From positions 2,831-66,830 of the forward strand of contig JBEKGX010000020.1 in the NCBI GenBank assembly GCA_050012575.1: a DNA stretch of 64,000 bases. The letters run 5' to 3'. Position 1 is the stretch's first letter. Every line of letters begins with the position of its first letter. The position numbers and the translations under genes were made by a program. The stretch is from Xanthobacteraceae bacterium (GTDB lineage Bacteria > Pseudomonadota > Alphaproteobacteria > Rhizobiales > Xanthobacteraceae). The notes under the pieces were generated by a model. It was not told where the DNA came from. It worked only from the letters and a program-made list of their open reading frames with translations, and ran no database searches. This document shows positions 29,821 to 37,686 of the stretch, piece after piece.

Positions 29821-29942
29821 CGATCCTTGTTATTGATTATGCAATCGACTCGGCCACAGGGCGGACGAAACCGCAAGAGCCTGCGGCGCGTGGCCGGCAC
29901 CTATGCCGACCGCGTCGGAGGCGCCACCCGAGCCCTGGCAAA

Positions 29943-30260
29943 TCAGGATTGGATGCGATGATGCTCGCTCAGCATGGTAATGGCTTCCAGCTCCACGTCC
30001 TTTTGCAGGTACTCAAGGCGCCTGGGCCAGAAAAGCGCGACAGCAGAACTCTTCTGGTGCTCGCGCAGCTCTTTCGCGGTCCGCCAGTTCTCGTAAAAGA
30101 TAAACAGGTTCGGATCGCGGTCGCTCACGTGCAGATGATAATCGACGCAGCCAGGCTCCTTGCGCGACTGATCGACGAAACCACGGAGCAACTCGAGAAG
30201 TTCGTCGCGTTTTTCCGGCTTCGCAAGTAGACGGGCAACGATGGTACGCTCTGGTCTCAC
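29943..30260 (-). CDS. antibiotic-biosynthesis-monooxygenase (ABM) domain protein
   Basis: 105 aa with a typical ABM pattern (..EPGCVDYHLHVSDRDPNLFIFYENW..). Confidence 0.75.
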   Translation of the reverse strand: MRPERTIVARLLAKPEKRDELLELLRGFVDQSRKEPGCVDYHLHVSDRDPNLFIFYENWRTAKELREHQKSSAVALFWPRRLEYLQKDVELEAITMLSEHHRIQS

Positions 30261-30387
30261 AGCTTCAGGTATGCCTCGCCGCTGGGAAGTTGCTTCGCAG
30301 GACGCACGCGTGCTCGACGGCCTTCGTGCCCTGTCCTGATCGCTAGCCGCAAGTCGGCCCGGTCGTCAAGTTGCGCACCGAGCTACT

Positions 30388-30810
30388 ATGTGGGCGGTTG
30401 TACCGTTGAAAACGATCGACGACGTCGATCGCCCCGGCGTGCGCATCGCGGTCGGCCTAGGCTCAGCCTATGATCTCTATCTGACGCGTACTATCAAAAA
30501 CGCTACCATTGTCCGAGCGACGGCGGGAGGCGGGCGCGAGATGATCGATCTGTTTCTTAAAGACAAGCTCGAGGTCGCGGCTGGCGTGCGGCAACCGCTG
30601 GTCGCCTACGCCGCAACCAATCCAAACGTGCAGGTGATGGACGGCCGATTCATGAAAATTCGACAGGCCTTGGGCACGCCCAAGGGTCGCACTGCCGGCG
30701 CGCGCTACTTAGCCGCGTTCGTCGAGAACGTGAAGGCTTCGGGCTTTGTCGCCGAGGCACTCAAGCGCAGCAATCAGTCAGCTGCCGTGGCACTGCCGGC
30801 GGCAAAGTAG
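30388..30810 (+). pseudogene. 5'-truncated periplasmic substrate-binding protein (type 2 PBP, C-terminal half only)
   Basis: The 140-aa ORF begins in the middle of the fold (..LKTIDDVDRPGVRIAVGLGSAYDLYL..). An in-frame stop lies ~45 nt upstream; no signal peptide. Confidence 0.6.
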
Positions 30811-30903
30811 GTACAGGCTCGGCGTCCGTCGCCTCTGGCCGCAGGGTCGTCCGCCTCCCCCACTTGATTTGACTCAGGTTTTCGCCGCCGGCAGCGCGCT
30901 ACC

Positions 30904-30944
30904 CACAAAGTCACCCACGAACAAACGCGAACAGCCTCGGGCGG
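30904..30944. repeat. dispersed repeat, copy d (degenerate)
   Basis: CACAAAGTCACCCACGAACAAACGCGAACAGCCTCGGGCGG. The sequence to its left (30850-30885) aligns with the sequence left of copy c. Confidence 0.45.
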
Positions 30945-30971
30945 TGCGTCTCGCAACCCGTCCTAGCTTAG

Positions 30972-31046
30972 TTCCAATAAACCCCTTATCGGAGCTAAAA
31001 GAACGCACCTCCTGAGTCGCCCAGTGTTCGCATTTCGAAGTCGGCT
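30972..31046 (+). repeat. ~75-nt direct repeat, left copy
   Basis: TTCCAATAAACCCCTTATCGGAGCTAAAAGAACGCACCTCC ... CGCATTTCGAAGTCGGC aligns with 33104-33166. Confidence 0.55.
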
Positions 31047-31057
31047 GTTTCTCTAAA

Positions 31058-31092
31058 AGCGGACATCAACCGCGTTCACTGGCATGTCCGCT
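31058..31092. repeat. REP hairpin (AGCGGACAT family)
   Basis: AGCGGACAT-17 nt-ATGTCCGCT. The same arms recur at 33065-33094 and 37587-37615. Confidence 0.6.
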
Positions 31093-31238
31093 ATAAGCCA
31101 ATAAGCGACATTTACGAACCCTAGTGTCGTCGACGCTAGCGCAGTCCCTCGCGGGCACCCCATGGATATGACCTGAGGCACGAGGACGGTGTGTCCGACC
31201 GCGCGGCGGATCGATTTCCAGAGGATTCGGTGAGCGGG

Positions 31239-31637
31239 TTATTGCCCTTCGACGGCGAACGAGCGGAATTTCGCGTACTTATCGACGACCTTCCGAAGCG
31301 CGACGTATTCTGGGTTGGCCCACCAAGTATGGACCTGCTCCATATTGTCCCAGACCATCATGACCACGCGTTTCGGCGGCTTGCCTTCGATCGGAGTCAC
31401 CGCCTTTGCCCCTGTTGCACCAACGCCTCCTATGGCAAGGAAGCGACCGCCGGCTGCCTTGATGATAGCCTGTGCCTCCGGAGCAAACTCCTTCGCGTAT
31501 GCATCCGGATCGGTCGCGTCGATTTCCACGACATAGTAGATGAGCGGTTTGGCCTGAGCTCGGAGCCCCTGAGCCGTCACAACCCCGAGCGCACAGCCTA
31601 CAAGCATTGCCAATGTAACTGCATGGGAGGTTTTCAT
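31239..31637 (-). CDS. DUF1330 domain protein with N-terminal signal peptide
   Basis: 132 aa. DUF1330-like core (..YYVVEIDATDPDAYAKEF..GGRFLAIGG..VVMMVWDNMEQVHTWWANPEY..) preceded by MKTSHAVTLAMLVGCALGVVTAQG. Confidence 0.7.
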   Translation of the reverse strand: MKTSHAVTLAMLVGCALGVVTAQGLRAQAKPLIYYVVEIDATDPDAYAKEFAPEAQAIIKAAGGRFLAIGGVGATGAKAVTPIEGKPPKRVVMMVWDNMEQVHTWWANPEYVALRKVVDKYAKFRSFAVEGQ

Positions 31638-31726
31638 GGAGTTGACTTTCGATGGGATGCGGCGCGTCGCCCAGGGCGCGGGCGATCTTGTGTCTGCTTT
31701 TCAGGAAAGGAATTGGATTGACTTAA

Positions 31727-32221
31727 TTACTTAGCGCGGAGTTGCCCCAATGCACTGAGCCAGTTTTCCATGTGGTAGGTCTTGGCAATCTTGCCGTCCT
31801 TGATGGTCTGAATATCAATGGTCATGATCTTGAAGCTCTTGCCGGTGTAGGGCACGCCAAAGAGCTCACCGGCGGGTGTGCCGGCGACCTCGCCGCGCAC
31901 GATTACGCGGTCGCCGGCGACGAGTACCTCTTTGATCTCGAACGTCATGTCGGGGATGGATTTGGCAAAATTTGCAACCACCTTGATCGATGTTTCACGA
32001 CCCCAGCATTCGCCCGGGAGATAGCCGGCGCAAGATTCGTAGTCGGCGGTAAGCACTTGTTCCTCGATCGTTTTGACATCGCTTCGCGTGGCCACGTTGA
32101 ACAAGCTGTACCAGGGTGCGATGACGGCATGGGCCTGCGTTTCAGTGAGGCCTTGCGCCGACGCGCCGGTCGCGCCGGTCAGCGACAGCGCCGCGAGCGC
32201 AAGCTGAAACATTTTCGACAT
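31727..32221 (-). CDS. SnoaL-like / ester-cyclase-like protein with signal peptide
   Basis: 164 aa with an N-terminal signal (MSKMFQLALAALSLTGATGASAQG) and a SnoaL-type C-terminal region. Confidence 0.65.
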   Translation of the reverse strand: MSKMFQLALAALSLTGATGASAQGLTETQAHAVIAPWYSLFNVATRSDVKTIEEQVLTADYESCAGYLPGECWGRETSIKVVANFAKSIPDMTFEIKEVLVAGDRVIVRGEVAGTPAGELFGVPYTGKSFKIMTIDIQTIKDGKIAKTYHMENWLSALGQLRAK

Positions 32222-32311
32222 GACGGGCTCCCAATGGCGGTGACGCAGTATATATGATGACCGTCATAGTATGACAGTCGACATACTTATTGGCAATTGA
32301 TATTTTGCAGC

Positions 32312-32893
32312 ATGGCAAAAGTCGCTGATTCCAAAGAAAAAACGCTATCCGCCGCGGTGAGGCTATTCAGCCAGCGCGGCTATCACGGCACCGGTCTGCA
32401 GGATATCCTCGAAGCCGGCGGCGCGCCGCGCGGATCGCTGTATTTCCACTTTCCCAAAGGCAAGGAGCAGATCGGCGAGGCCGCGGTTCAGCTCGGCACC
32501 GAGGGCGTACGCGAGTTCATCACGGATGCGGCGCAAACCTCGGGCAACGTACAAGCCTTCTTGGTGAAGCTTGCGCGCGGCATGGCGGCGAACCTCGAAC
32601 GGTCTGGGTACCGCGAGGGATGCCCGGTGGCGACGACGGCGCTGGAAACCGCGGCGCAATCCGACGTGCTCGGCAGAGCGGCGCGCACCGCCTTCCAGAC
32701 CTGGGAGCAGGAAATCAAGCGCGCGCTCATCTCGTTCGGCATGAAGGCCAATAAGGCGGATCGCACTGCGACCGCAGTGCTGAGCCAGCTCGAAGGCGCA
32801 CTGTTGTTGGCGCGGACCTATCGCAGCCTAGAGCCGATGCAGCGCGCGGAGAAAGCCTTGCTGGTGCTGGCAGGATGCGAGGCCTTGAAATGA
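32312..32893 (+). CDS. TetR family transcriptional regulator
   Basis: HTH GYHGTGLQDILEAGGAPRGSLYFHFPKGKEQ. Start taken at MAKVADSK. Confidence 0.85.
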   Translation: MAKVADSKEKTLSAAVRLFSQRGYHGTGLQDILEAGGAPRGSLYFHFPKGKEQIGEAAVQLGTEGVREFITDAAQTSGNVQAFLVKLARGMAANLERSGYREGCPVATTALETAAQSDVLGRAARTAFQTWEQEIKRALISFGMKANKADRTATAVLSQLEGALLLARTYRSLEPMQRAEKALLVLAGCEALK

Positions 32894-33064
32894 TCTAACC
32901 CACGCTACGCCGTATGTTGCGTTCACGCTCGGCGAGCCGAAAGGATTTGCCTTGCTCAGTGGCCTGCACCGCCTTGGCATCAGTTCACGATGCCGATAAG
33001 CAACGACATTGCTCTCGATATGTCTCCTTAGGGTCAAAAGACGACATGACGGCTGCAATTTGTG

Positions 33065-33094
33065 ACGTCCGCTTCACCCCTCAATAGCGGACAT
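33065..33094. repeat. REP hairpin (AGCGGACAT family)
   Basis: ACGTCCGCT-12 nt-AGCGGACAT. Confidence 0.55.
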
Positions 33095-33103
33095 CGAAAT
33101 TAC

Positions 33104-33166
33104 TTCCGATAGATCCCTTTATCGGAACTAAATCAGCATCTCCACCTTCCGCTTTTCGAATCGCTA
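33104..33166 (+). repeat. ~65-nt direct repeat, right copy
   Basis: TTCCGATAGATCCCTTTATCGGAACTAAATCAGCATCTCC ... CGCTTTTCGAATCGC aligns with 30972-31046. Confidence 0.55.
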
Positions 33167-33173
33167 ACTCGAC

Positions 33174-33899
33174 CTAAGCTGACGCATCTCCTGCTCCAAG
33201 CAGAGTGCGCTCCTCCGGTGTAATATCTTCAGTCCGCACAGGAGAAATAAATGGCGGCAGATTAGGTGGTGTGTAAGTTGGGTTACTGACCGCAGCACGT
33301 TTTGCAATCACGCTCCAATGCACTCTCTCATTAATGTTTTCTTCCGCTGGATTTTCGGTGTTTGTGAAATATCCATGCTGGATGGCGACCGGCGACAAAA
33401 CCGTTCGATAATGCGGAAATGAATGATCCACCAACCAACCTTGCGTGGAATCGATAACGGCGCCAGCAAGGTTGGATTTTGTATTGGATCTTATCGCGTC
33501 AATTTCGAATTCCAAGCCAGTCAAAGCTTGCACGCGCGCAATCATCCAGATGAGCGCTTGATCCGAAAGACCGCTCTCAGCATATCCGCCTCCGACATTG
33601 CAATGCGCGCCGGCAAACCATATTTGCTCAACGTGCCCCTTGGGCTGTTGCCCTTTTGGTATGGTCCAAAATGTCGGGACGAACGGACGGCGGTGTTCAT
33701 CCACGGCCACCCCGTGTAACCCAAATTCAATGTGATCACCAAAACTGGTGTCGTGGAAGCCCAAGGTTACTAACGTAAAGTATCTCGCTAATGGCGCGAG
33801 CCCGATTCCCGCGGGGATACCATATGAACCGACCGTATCCCACACGGCCACGCATTTTATTGTGCGAGTATCGTGGAAGGCTTGCTGTTGCGCCAAAGT
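33174..33899 (-). pseudogene. DUF2235 (Tle1-like alpha/beta hydrolase) C-terminal remnant
   Basis: Contains the VWDTVGSYGIP motif and downstream region. The N-terminal ~150 aa of the family are missing, and it is fused in frame to an integrase stub. AT-richer than the flanks. Confidence 0.55.
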
Positions 33900-33944
33900 A
33901 TTGTAGTCGGAAAGGCTTTTAGACCGAGGCGGCCTACCTGCCGG

Positions 33945-34070
33945 TAAAGTCCAGCTTTTCGAACCGTTGCGACCGACGCGCAAATAAAGTCCCGCGCCGT
34001 CCGCATAGAGACCAGGTTTGCTCAACCGGCTCGCCGCCAAAGCTGTCAGTCGCTGAATTTCTTGCGCCAT
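33945..34070 (-). pseudogene. tyrosine integrase N-terminal stub (DUF4102-type arm-binding domain, ~42 aa)
   Basis: MAQEIQRLTALAASRLSKPGLYADGAGLYLRVGRNGSKSWTL matches the characteristic ..PG.Y.DG.GLYL.V...GSKSW.. start of P4-like integrases. No catalytic domain follows. Lies ~270 nt from the tRNA-Ser. Confidence 0.6.
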
Positions 34071-34190
34071 TTGATGAAACGCGGATCTGTTTGTGGGTTC
34101 GAAAGCCTCATCGGGAAACCAGCTGACATCTTGTCCGCCGCGACGGCTTGTGGGTTCGAATCCCAAAAGAGGCCAAAGTGTCCGCCTCGT

Positions 34191-34244
34191 CCCACAAAAT
34201 CTTCCACAAGGCGAGGCCGGATTGAAGCGTCCGGCGGCGAACGG
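34191..34244. repeat. dispersed repeat, copy e
   Basis: CCCACAAAATCTTCCACAAGGCGAGGCCGGATTGAAGCGTCCGGCGGCGAACGG aligns with copy a (CCCGCAAATTCACCCATGAAGAATCGCCGGATTGCTGCGATCAAGGGCGAAGG). Confidence 0.5.
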
Positions 34245-34336
34245 ATACGAACCGATTTTTAGCCGGAAAGTCCGCCAAATTCAAGTGCTTATGTGGATAA
34301 TTGCGGTCGCCGGCGAACGACCGCGAACAGGGCACT

Positions 34337-34426
34337 TGGCGGAGGGAGTGGGATTCGAACCCACGATACGGTTTCCCGTATACACGCTTTCCAAGCGTGC
34401 GCCTTCAGCCACTCGGCCATCCCTCC
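34337..34426 (-). tRNA. tRNA-Ser (anticodon GGA)
   Basis: Reverse complement folds as a class II tRNA: GGAGGGA acceptor, CACGC/TTGGAAA/GCGTG anticodon arm, long variable arm ATACGG-gaaa-CCGTAT, GTGGG-TTCGAAT-CCCAC T-arm, encoded CCA. Confidence 0.93.
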
Positions 34427-34580
34427 GGGCACGGGAAACGCGCAATATAGCGAGGCGGCTTCGAGTGACAACCCGCGCGCAGAAGCTGCCCAGCGTGACT
34501 ATCGCGCGGCTCATTATGGCGCCACACTTGCACGGATTATCCACCCGCTAAAGCCGCGGTCCCCGACGAGGAGACGTTTC

Positions 34581-35153
34581 ATGCGCTTGCCCCTGATCGC
34601 TCCAGCCGAACTGACCCCCGAGCAGCGCCCGGTGTACGACGACATGCGGGCGGGCATCGAGCAGAACTTCCAGGGGTTCAAGTCGATCGCCGAGAATGGT
34701 GCGTTGCTGGGGCCTTGGAATCCCTGGCTGCACGAGCCGAAGTTCGGCAAGCCGATTTGGGAACTGACGTTGGCCCTTTCGATCTCGCCATCGCTGCCAC
34801 GGACGGTGAGAGAGGTGGCGATCCTGGTTACCGGAACGACATTTCACTCCGCGTACGAGCTCTATGCCCACGTCATCGCCGCGGAACGGCGCGGCTTGTC
34901 CGACGACAAGCTCGCAACCATCGTCGCCGGCCAGCGTCCCGGCGATCTTACCCGTGAAGAAACGATCGCCTACGACGTGGCCTCTGCGTTGCTCCATCAC
35001 GGCACTTTGCCCGAGTTGAGCTATCGGCAAGCCGTGGAGGCATTCGGACAGCACGGAGCCGCCGAATTGATCTACCTTGTCGGACTGTACTGCCTCGTCT
35101 CCGTGACGCTAAATGGTTTCGATGTCCCGGTGCCGGAAACTGAGCCGCGATGA
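34581..35153 (+). CDS. carboxymuconolactone decarboxylase (CMD/AhpD-like) family protein
   Basis: ATG at 34581 follows GAGGAG. CMD-type region REVAILVTGTTFHSAYELYAHVIAAERRGLSD. The upstream part of ORF 34293-35153 just reads through the tRNA gene. Confidence 0.75.
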   Translation: MRLPLIAPAELTPEQRPVYDDMRAGIEQNFQGFKSIAENGALLGPWNPWLHEPKFGKPIWELTLALSISPSLPRTVREVAILVTGTTFHSAYELYAHVIAAERRGLSDDKLATIVAGQRPGDLTREETIAYDVASALLHHGTLPELSYRQAVEAFGQHGAAELIYLVGLYCLVSVTLNGFDVPVPETEPR

Positions 35154-35154
35154 G

Positions 35155-36197
35155 ATGAACAAGACGAAGATCGATCGCCGCGCGTTGCTCGGCGGCCTTA
35201 CGGCGGCGCTCGTCGCGCCACGCTACAGCTTCGCCGCTGGCATCACCGACGCCACCGGCCGTACGGTAACGGCGCCCGACCGCCTGATGCGGATCTATCC
35301 GGCCGGGCCGCCGGCGGCGGTCGAACTTTATACGCTCGCGCCCGATCTGCTCATGGGGGTGGCTGGAACCGATCGGACAAGAGGAACGCGAATTCCTCCT
35401 TCCCGAGTGCGCCGCACTGCCGAAAATTCCGCGGCTCACCGGGCCGCGACAGCGACGACACCAATCTCGGCGCGCTCGCTTCGCTCAAGCCCGATCTCAT
35501 CCTCGACGTTGGCAATGTCGACGCAGCGTATTCGTCGCTCGCCGAACGCGTCCAGCAGCAGAGCGGCATTCCCTACGTGCTGCTCGACGGGCACCTCGAC
35601 CGCATCGGCGCGACTTATCGCGCGCTCGGCCGCCTCATCGGCCGCAGCGAACAGGCCGAAACGCTGGCGCGCCACGCCGAAACCACGATCGCGACGATCA
35701 CGCAGCGCAGCGCCGAAGTGCCGAACGACGCGCGCCCCCGTGTCTATTACGCCCGCGACAAGAGCGGGCTGCAAACCGGCTTCGGCGGCTCGGTGATCAG
35801 CGAGCCGATCGAGTTTCTCGGTGCGCACAACGTGGCGGCCGAACTGCACGGCGCCCACGGTGTTGCCACGATCCAGCAGGTGACCGCCTGGAACCCCGAG
35901 ATCATCGTCGCCGGCGACCGGGAATTCGCCGCGCAGGTGCGCAGCGATCCAGCGTGGGCGGCGATCGCCGCGGTCAAGAGTGGCCAGGTCGACCTGTCGC
36001 CAAAGCTGCCGTTCGGCTGGATCGATTATCCGCCGGCGGTCAACCGACTGATCGGGCTGTGGTGGCTCGCTAAGATTTTTTATCCTGACCGTTTCCCGGA
36101 GGACATCAAGACGCTGACGCGCCACTTTTACACGGTGTTTTATCATGTGACCCCAACTGCGGCGCAGATCGAGCGCGTGCTGGCGGGCAGCAACTAG
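35155..36197 (+). pseudogene. periplasmic iron-siderophore/cobalamin-type (PBP type 8) binding protein, two frameshifts
   Basis: Tat-like N-terminus (MNKTKIDRRALLGG..) in frame 1 up to LLMG. WLEPIGQEEREFLLPECAALPKIPRLTG is in frame 2. RDSDDTNLGALASLKPDLILDVG... to the end is in frame 3. Shifts lie at a G5 run (~35356) and at GGGCCGCG (~35440). Confidence 0.7.
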
Positions 36198-36222
36198 GGT
36201 CTGGAGCCAGAGCGTCGCGGTT

Positions 36223-37041
36223 TCAGGGACTGGAAGCAGCAACCGGTTTCCAGGCCCAAATCGAACCGATGCTCGCTCCGAACGGTCGACCAAGCTTTTC
36301 GACAAGCGACTGATTCACTTCAACCTCGAAGCCGTTACCTTCGAGGATTGTCACCAGCTCGGCGACCCTGCGATCGCGGCCGAATTCATGATACTCGATC
36401 GCAGCCCGCTCGATGCGAGACCAACACGCACCGGTGATGTTTCTCAGAACCTCAAATTCGCTGCCCTCGCAGTCGAGCTTGAGATAATTCACGACCTGGA
36501 TCTTGTGGTCGTCCATGATGCGTTCGAGCGACATCAGCGGCGTGATGATGCGTTGTGGGGGCGCCGTGGGGGTGTGTCGATTGGTCAATCCTGCAACGAT
36601 CCATCGGACCAGTCGCGCCGGCGCGCTTTGCTTGTAGAACCACGGTGCGGATACCTTGGCATCATGGGCGATCATTTCCCAACCGGGATGGTAGATCAGC
36701 TCCATCGTCCCGCCATCGCTCCCGGCGGCCGCCTGCATCGCCGTCACGTTGCCGAGACCATTTCGTTCGATATTCAATTTCAGGCATCCGAGTGACACGG
36801 GATTCGGTTCCACGCTGACGATCCAGCCCTGCGGAACCTGCGGCGCCGCCCAGAGGACGAACAGGCCGATATTGCCACCGATGTCGACCACGGTGTCGCT
36901 TGGCCGCAGCTCAAAACCCGCATGAGCGTAGCGGCCCCGCTTGAAGATTTCCCACCTCAGGTATTTGGCGAGCGGCCTCATCGATTCAGACGTCAGATGG
37001 CATACCGTGCCATTGGGAAGTCCAACATTCAGTTCGACCAC
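36223..37041 (-). CDS. FkbM family methyltransferase
   Basis: SAM-binding VVDIGGNIGLFVLWAA. 272 aa. Confidence 0.8.
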   Translation of the reverse strand: MVELNVGLPNGTVCHLTSESMRPLAKYLRWEIFKRGRYAHAGFELRPSDTVVDIGGNIGLFVLWAAPQVPQGWIVSVEPNPVSLGCLKLNIERNGLGNVTAMQAAAGSDGGTMELIYHPGWEMIAHDAKVSAPWFYKQSAPARLVRWIVAGLTNRHTPTAPPQRIITPLMSLERIMDDHKIQVVNYLKLDCEGSEFEVLRNITGACWSRIERAAIEYHEFGRDRRVAELVTILEGNGFEVEVNQSLVEKLGRPFGASIGSIWAWKPVAASSP

Positions 37042-37097
37042 TACCTCACCTCGTCACGTGTCCGTAGATGCAACCCGGATCCGATCCTGTCGCTTTG

Positions 37098-37145
37098 ATC
37101 CGGGATTCCCCCGCATGACCGCAATCCGGGATTCCCCGCATGACC
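37098..37145 (+). repeat. tandem duplication of a ~23-nt unit
   Basis: ATCCGGGATTCCCCCGCATGACC gca ATCCGGGATTCCCCGCATGACC. Confidence 0.7.
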
Positions 37146-37180
37146 CTCGATCTGCTGTGAATATTCGCGTTTTCCCGGCC

Positions 37181-37361
37181 TTACGCGGCGCTGGCCTTAT
37201 GCGGGCTCTCGCGATGACTAGGGGATGCTCGCTCTAACAACGCAGCTTGCGTCCAGGTCCGCGCAAGGAAACAGACCTTGCTTGTCCTCGTCGGTTTGGG
37301 CGTAGCAGGCCGAAAGCATTGCCTCTTTAGCGTATTGCCAGAAGTGATCTGTTTTCGACAT
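37181..37361 (-). pseudogene. small conserved-looking ORF split by a frameshift
   Basis: MSKTDHFWQYAKEAMLSACYAQTDEDKQGL (frame of ORF 37218-37427) continues as FLARTWTQAALLERASPS.. in the frame of ORF 37181-37402. One indel near 37270. Confidence 0.4.
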
Positions 37362-37586
37362 GGCACCCTCTCCCGTGCCCGACATCCAACACCTGCATGC
37401 ACTCCTTGGCAGTGGCCATCTGGTCAAAATTGCTCACCAAGATCGTCCGACTCAAATCCTCCACAGCAAAATGGGCCACTGCGCAATTCAGTCGAATTGA
37501 GCTTCGTGCCGACGCCTTTCACAGTCGTAATAATGGCGCGATGTCTCCTCTTGGCCCTATGCGGGACGTGCCAATCGTGCCGGCAA

Positions 37587-37615
37587 ATGTCTGCTTTGCA
37601 AGGAAGAGCGGACAT
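37587..37615. repeat. REP hairpin (AGCGGACAT family)
   Basis: ATGTCTGCT-11 nt-AGCGGACAT. Confidence 0.5.
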
Positions 37616-37686
37616 AAAACGGACGCAGCGGGCAACTTGCTTTATGAGTACGCGGCCTAGATCATTTCCAAGCAAGCGGACGGCTG

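Noticed and set aside
33174-34166. ORF 33174-34166 as an intact 330-aa gene
   Set aside because: Its N-terminus is translated tRNA-like DNA, its middle is an integrase stub and its C-terminus is a truncated DUF2235 domain. This is a chimera created by deletion.
34108-34544. ORFs 34108-34335, 34281-34544, 34289-34471 (-) and the first 96 codons of 34293-35153 (+)
   Set aside because: They read through the tRNA-Ser gene and its flanks. The real downstream gene starts at the SD-preceded ATG at 34581.
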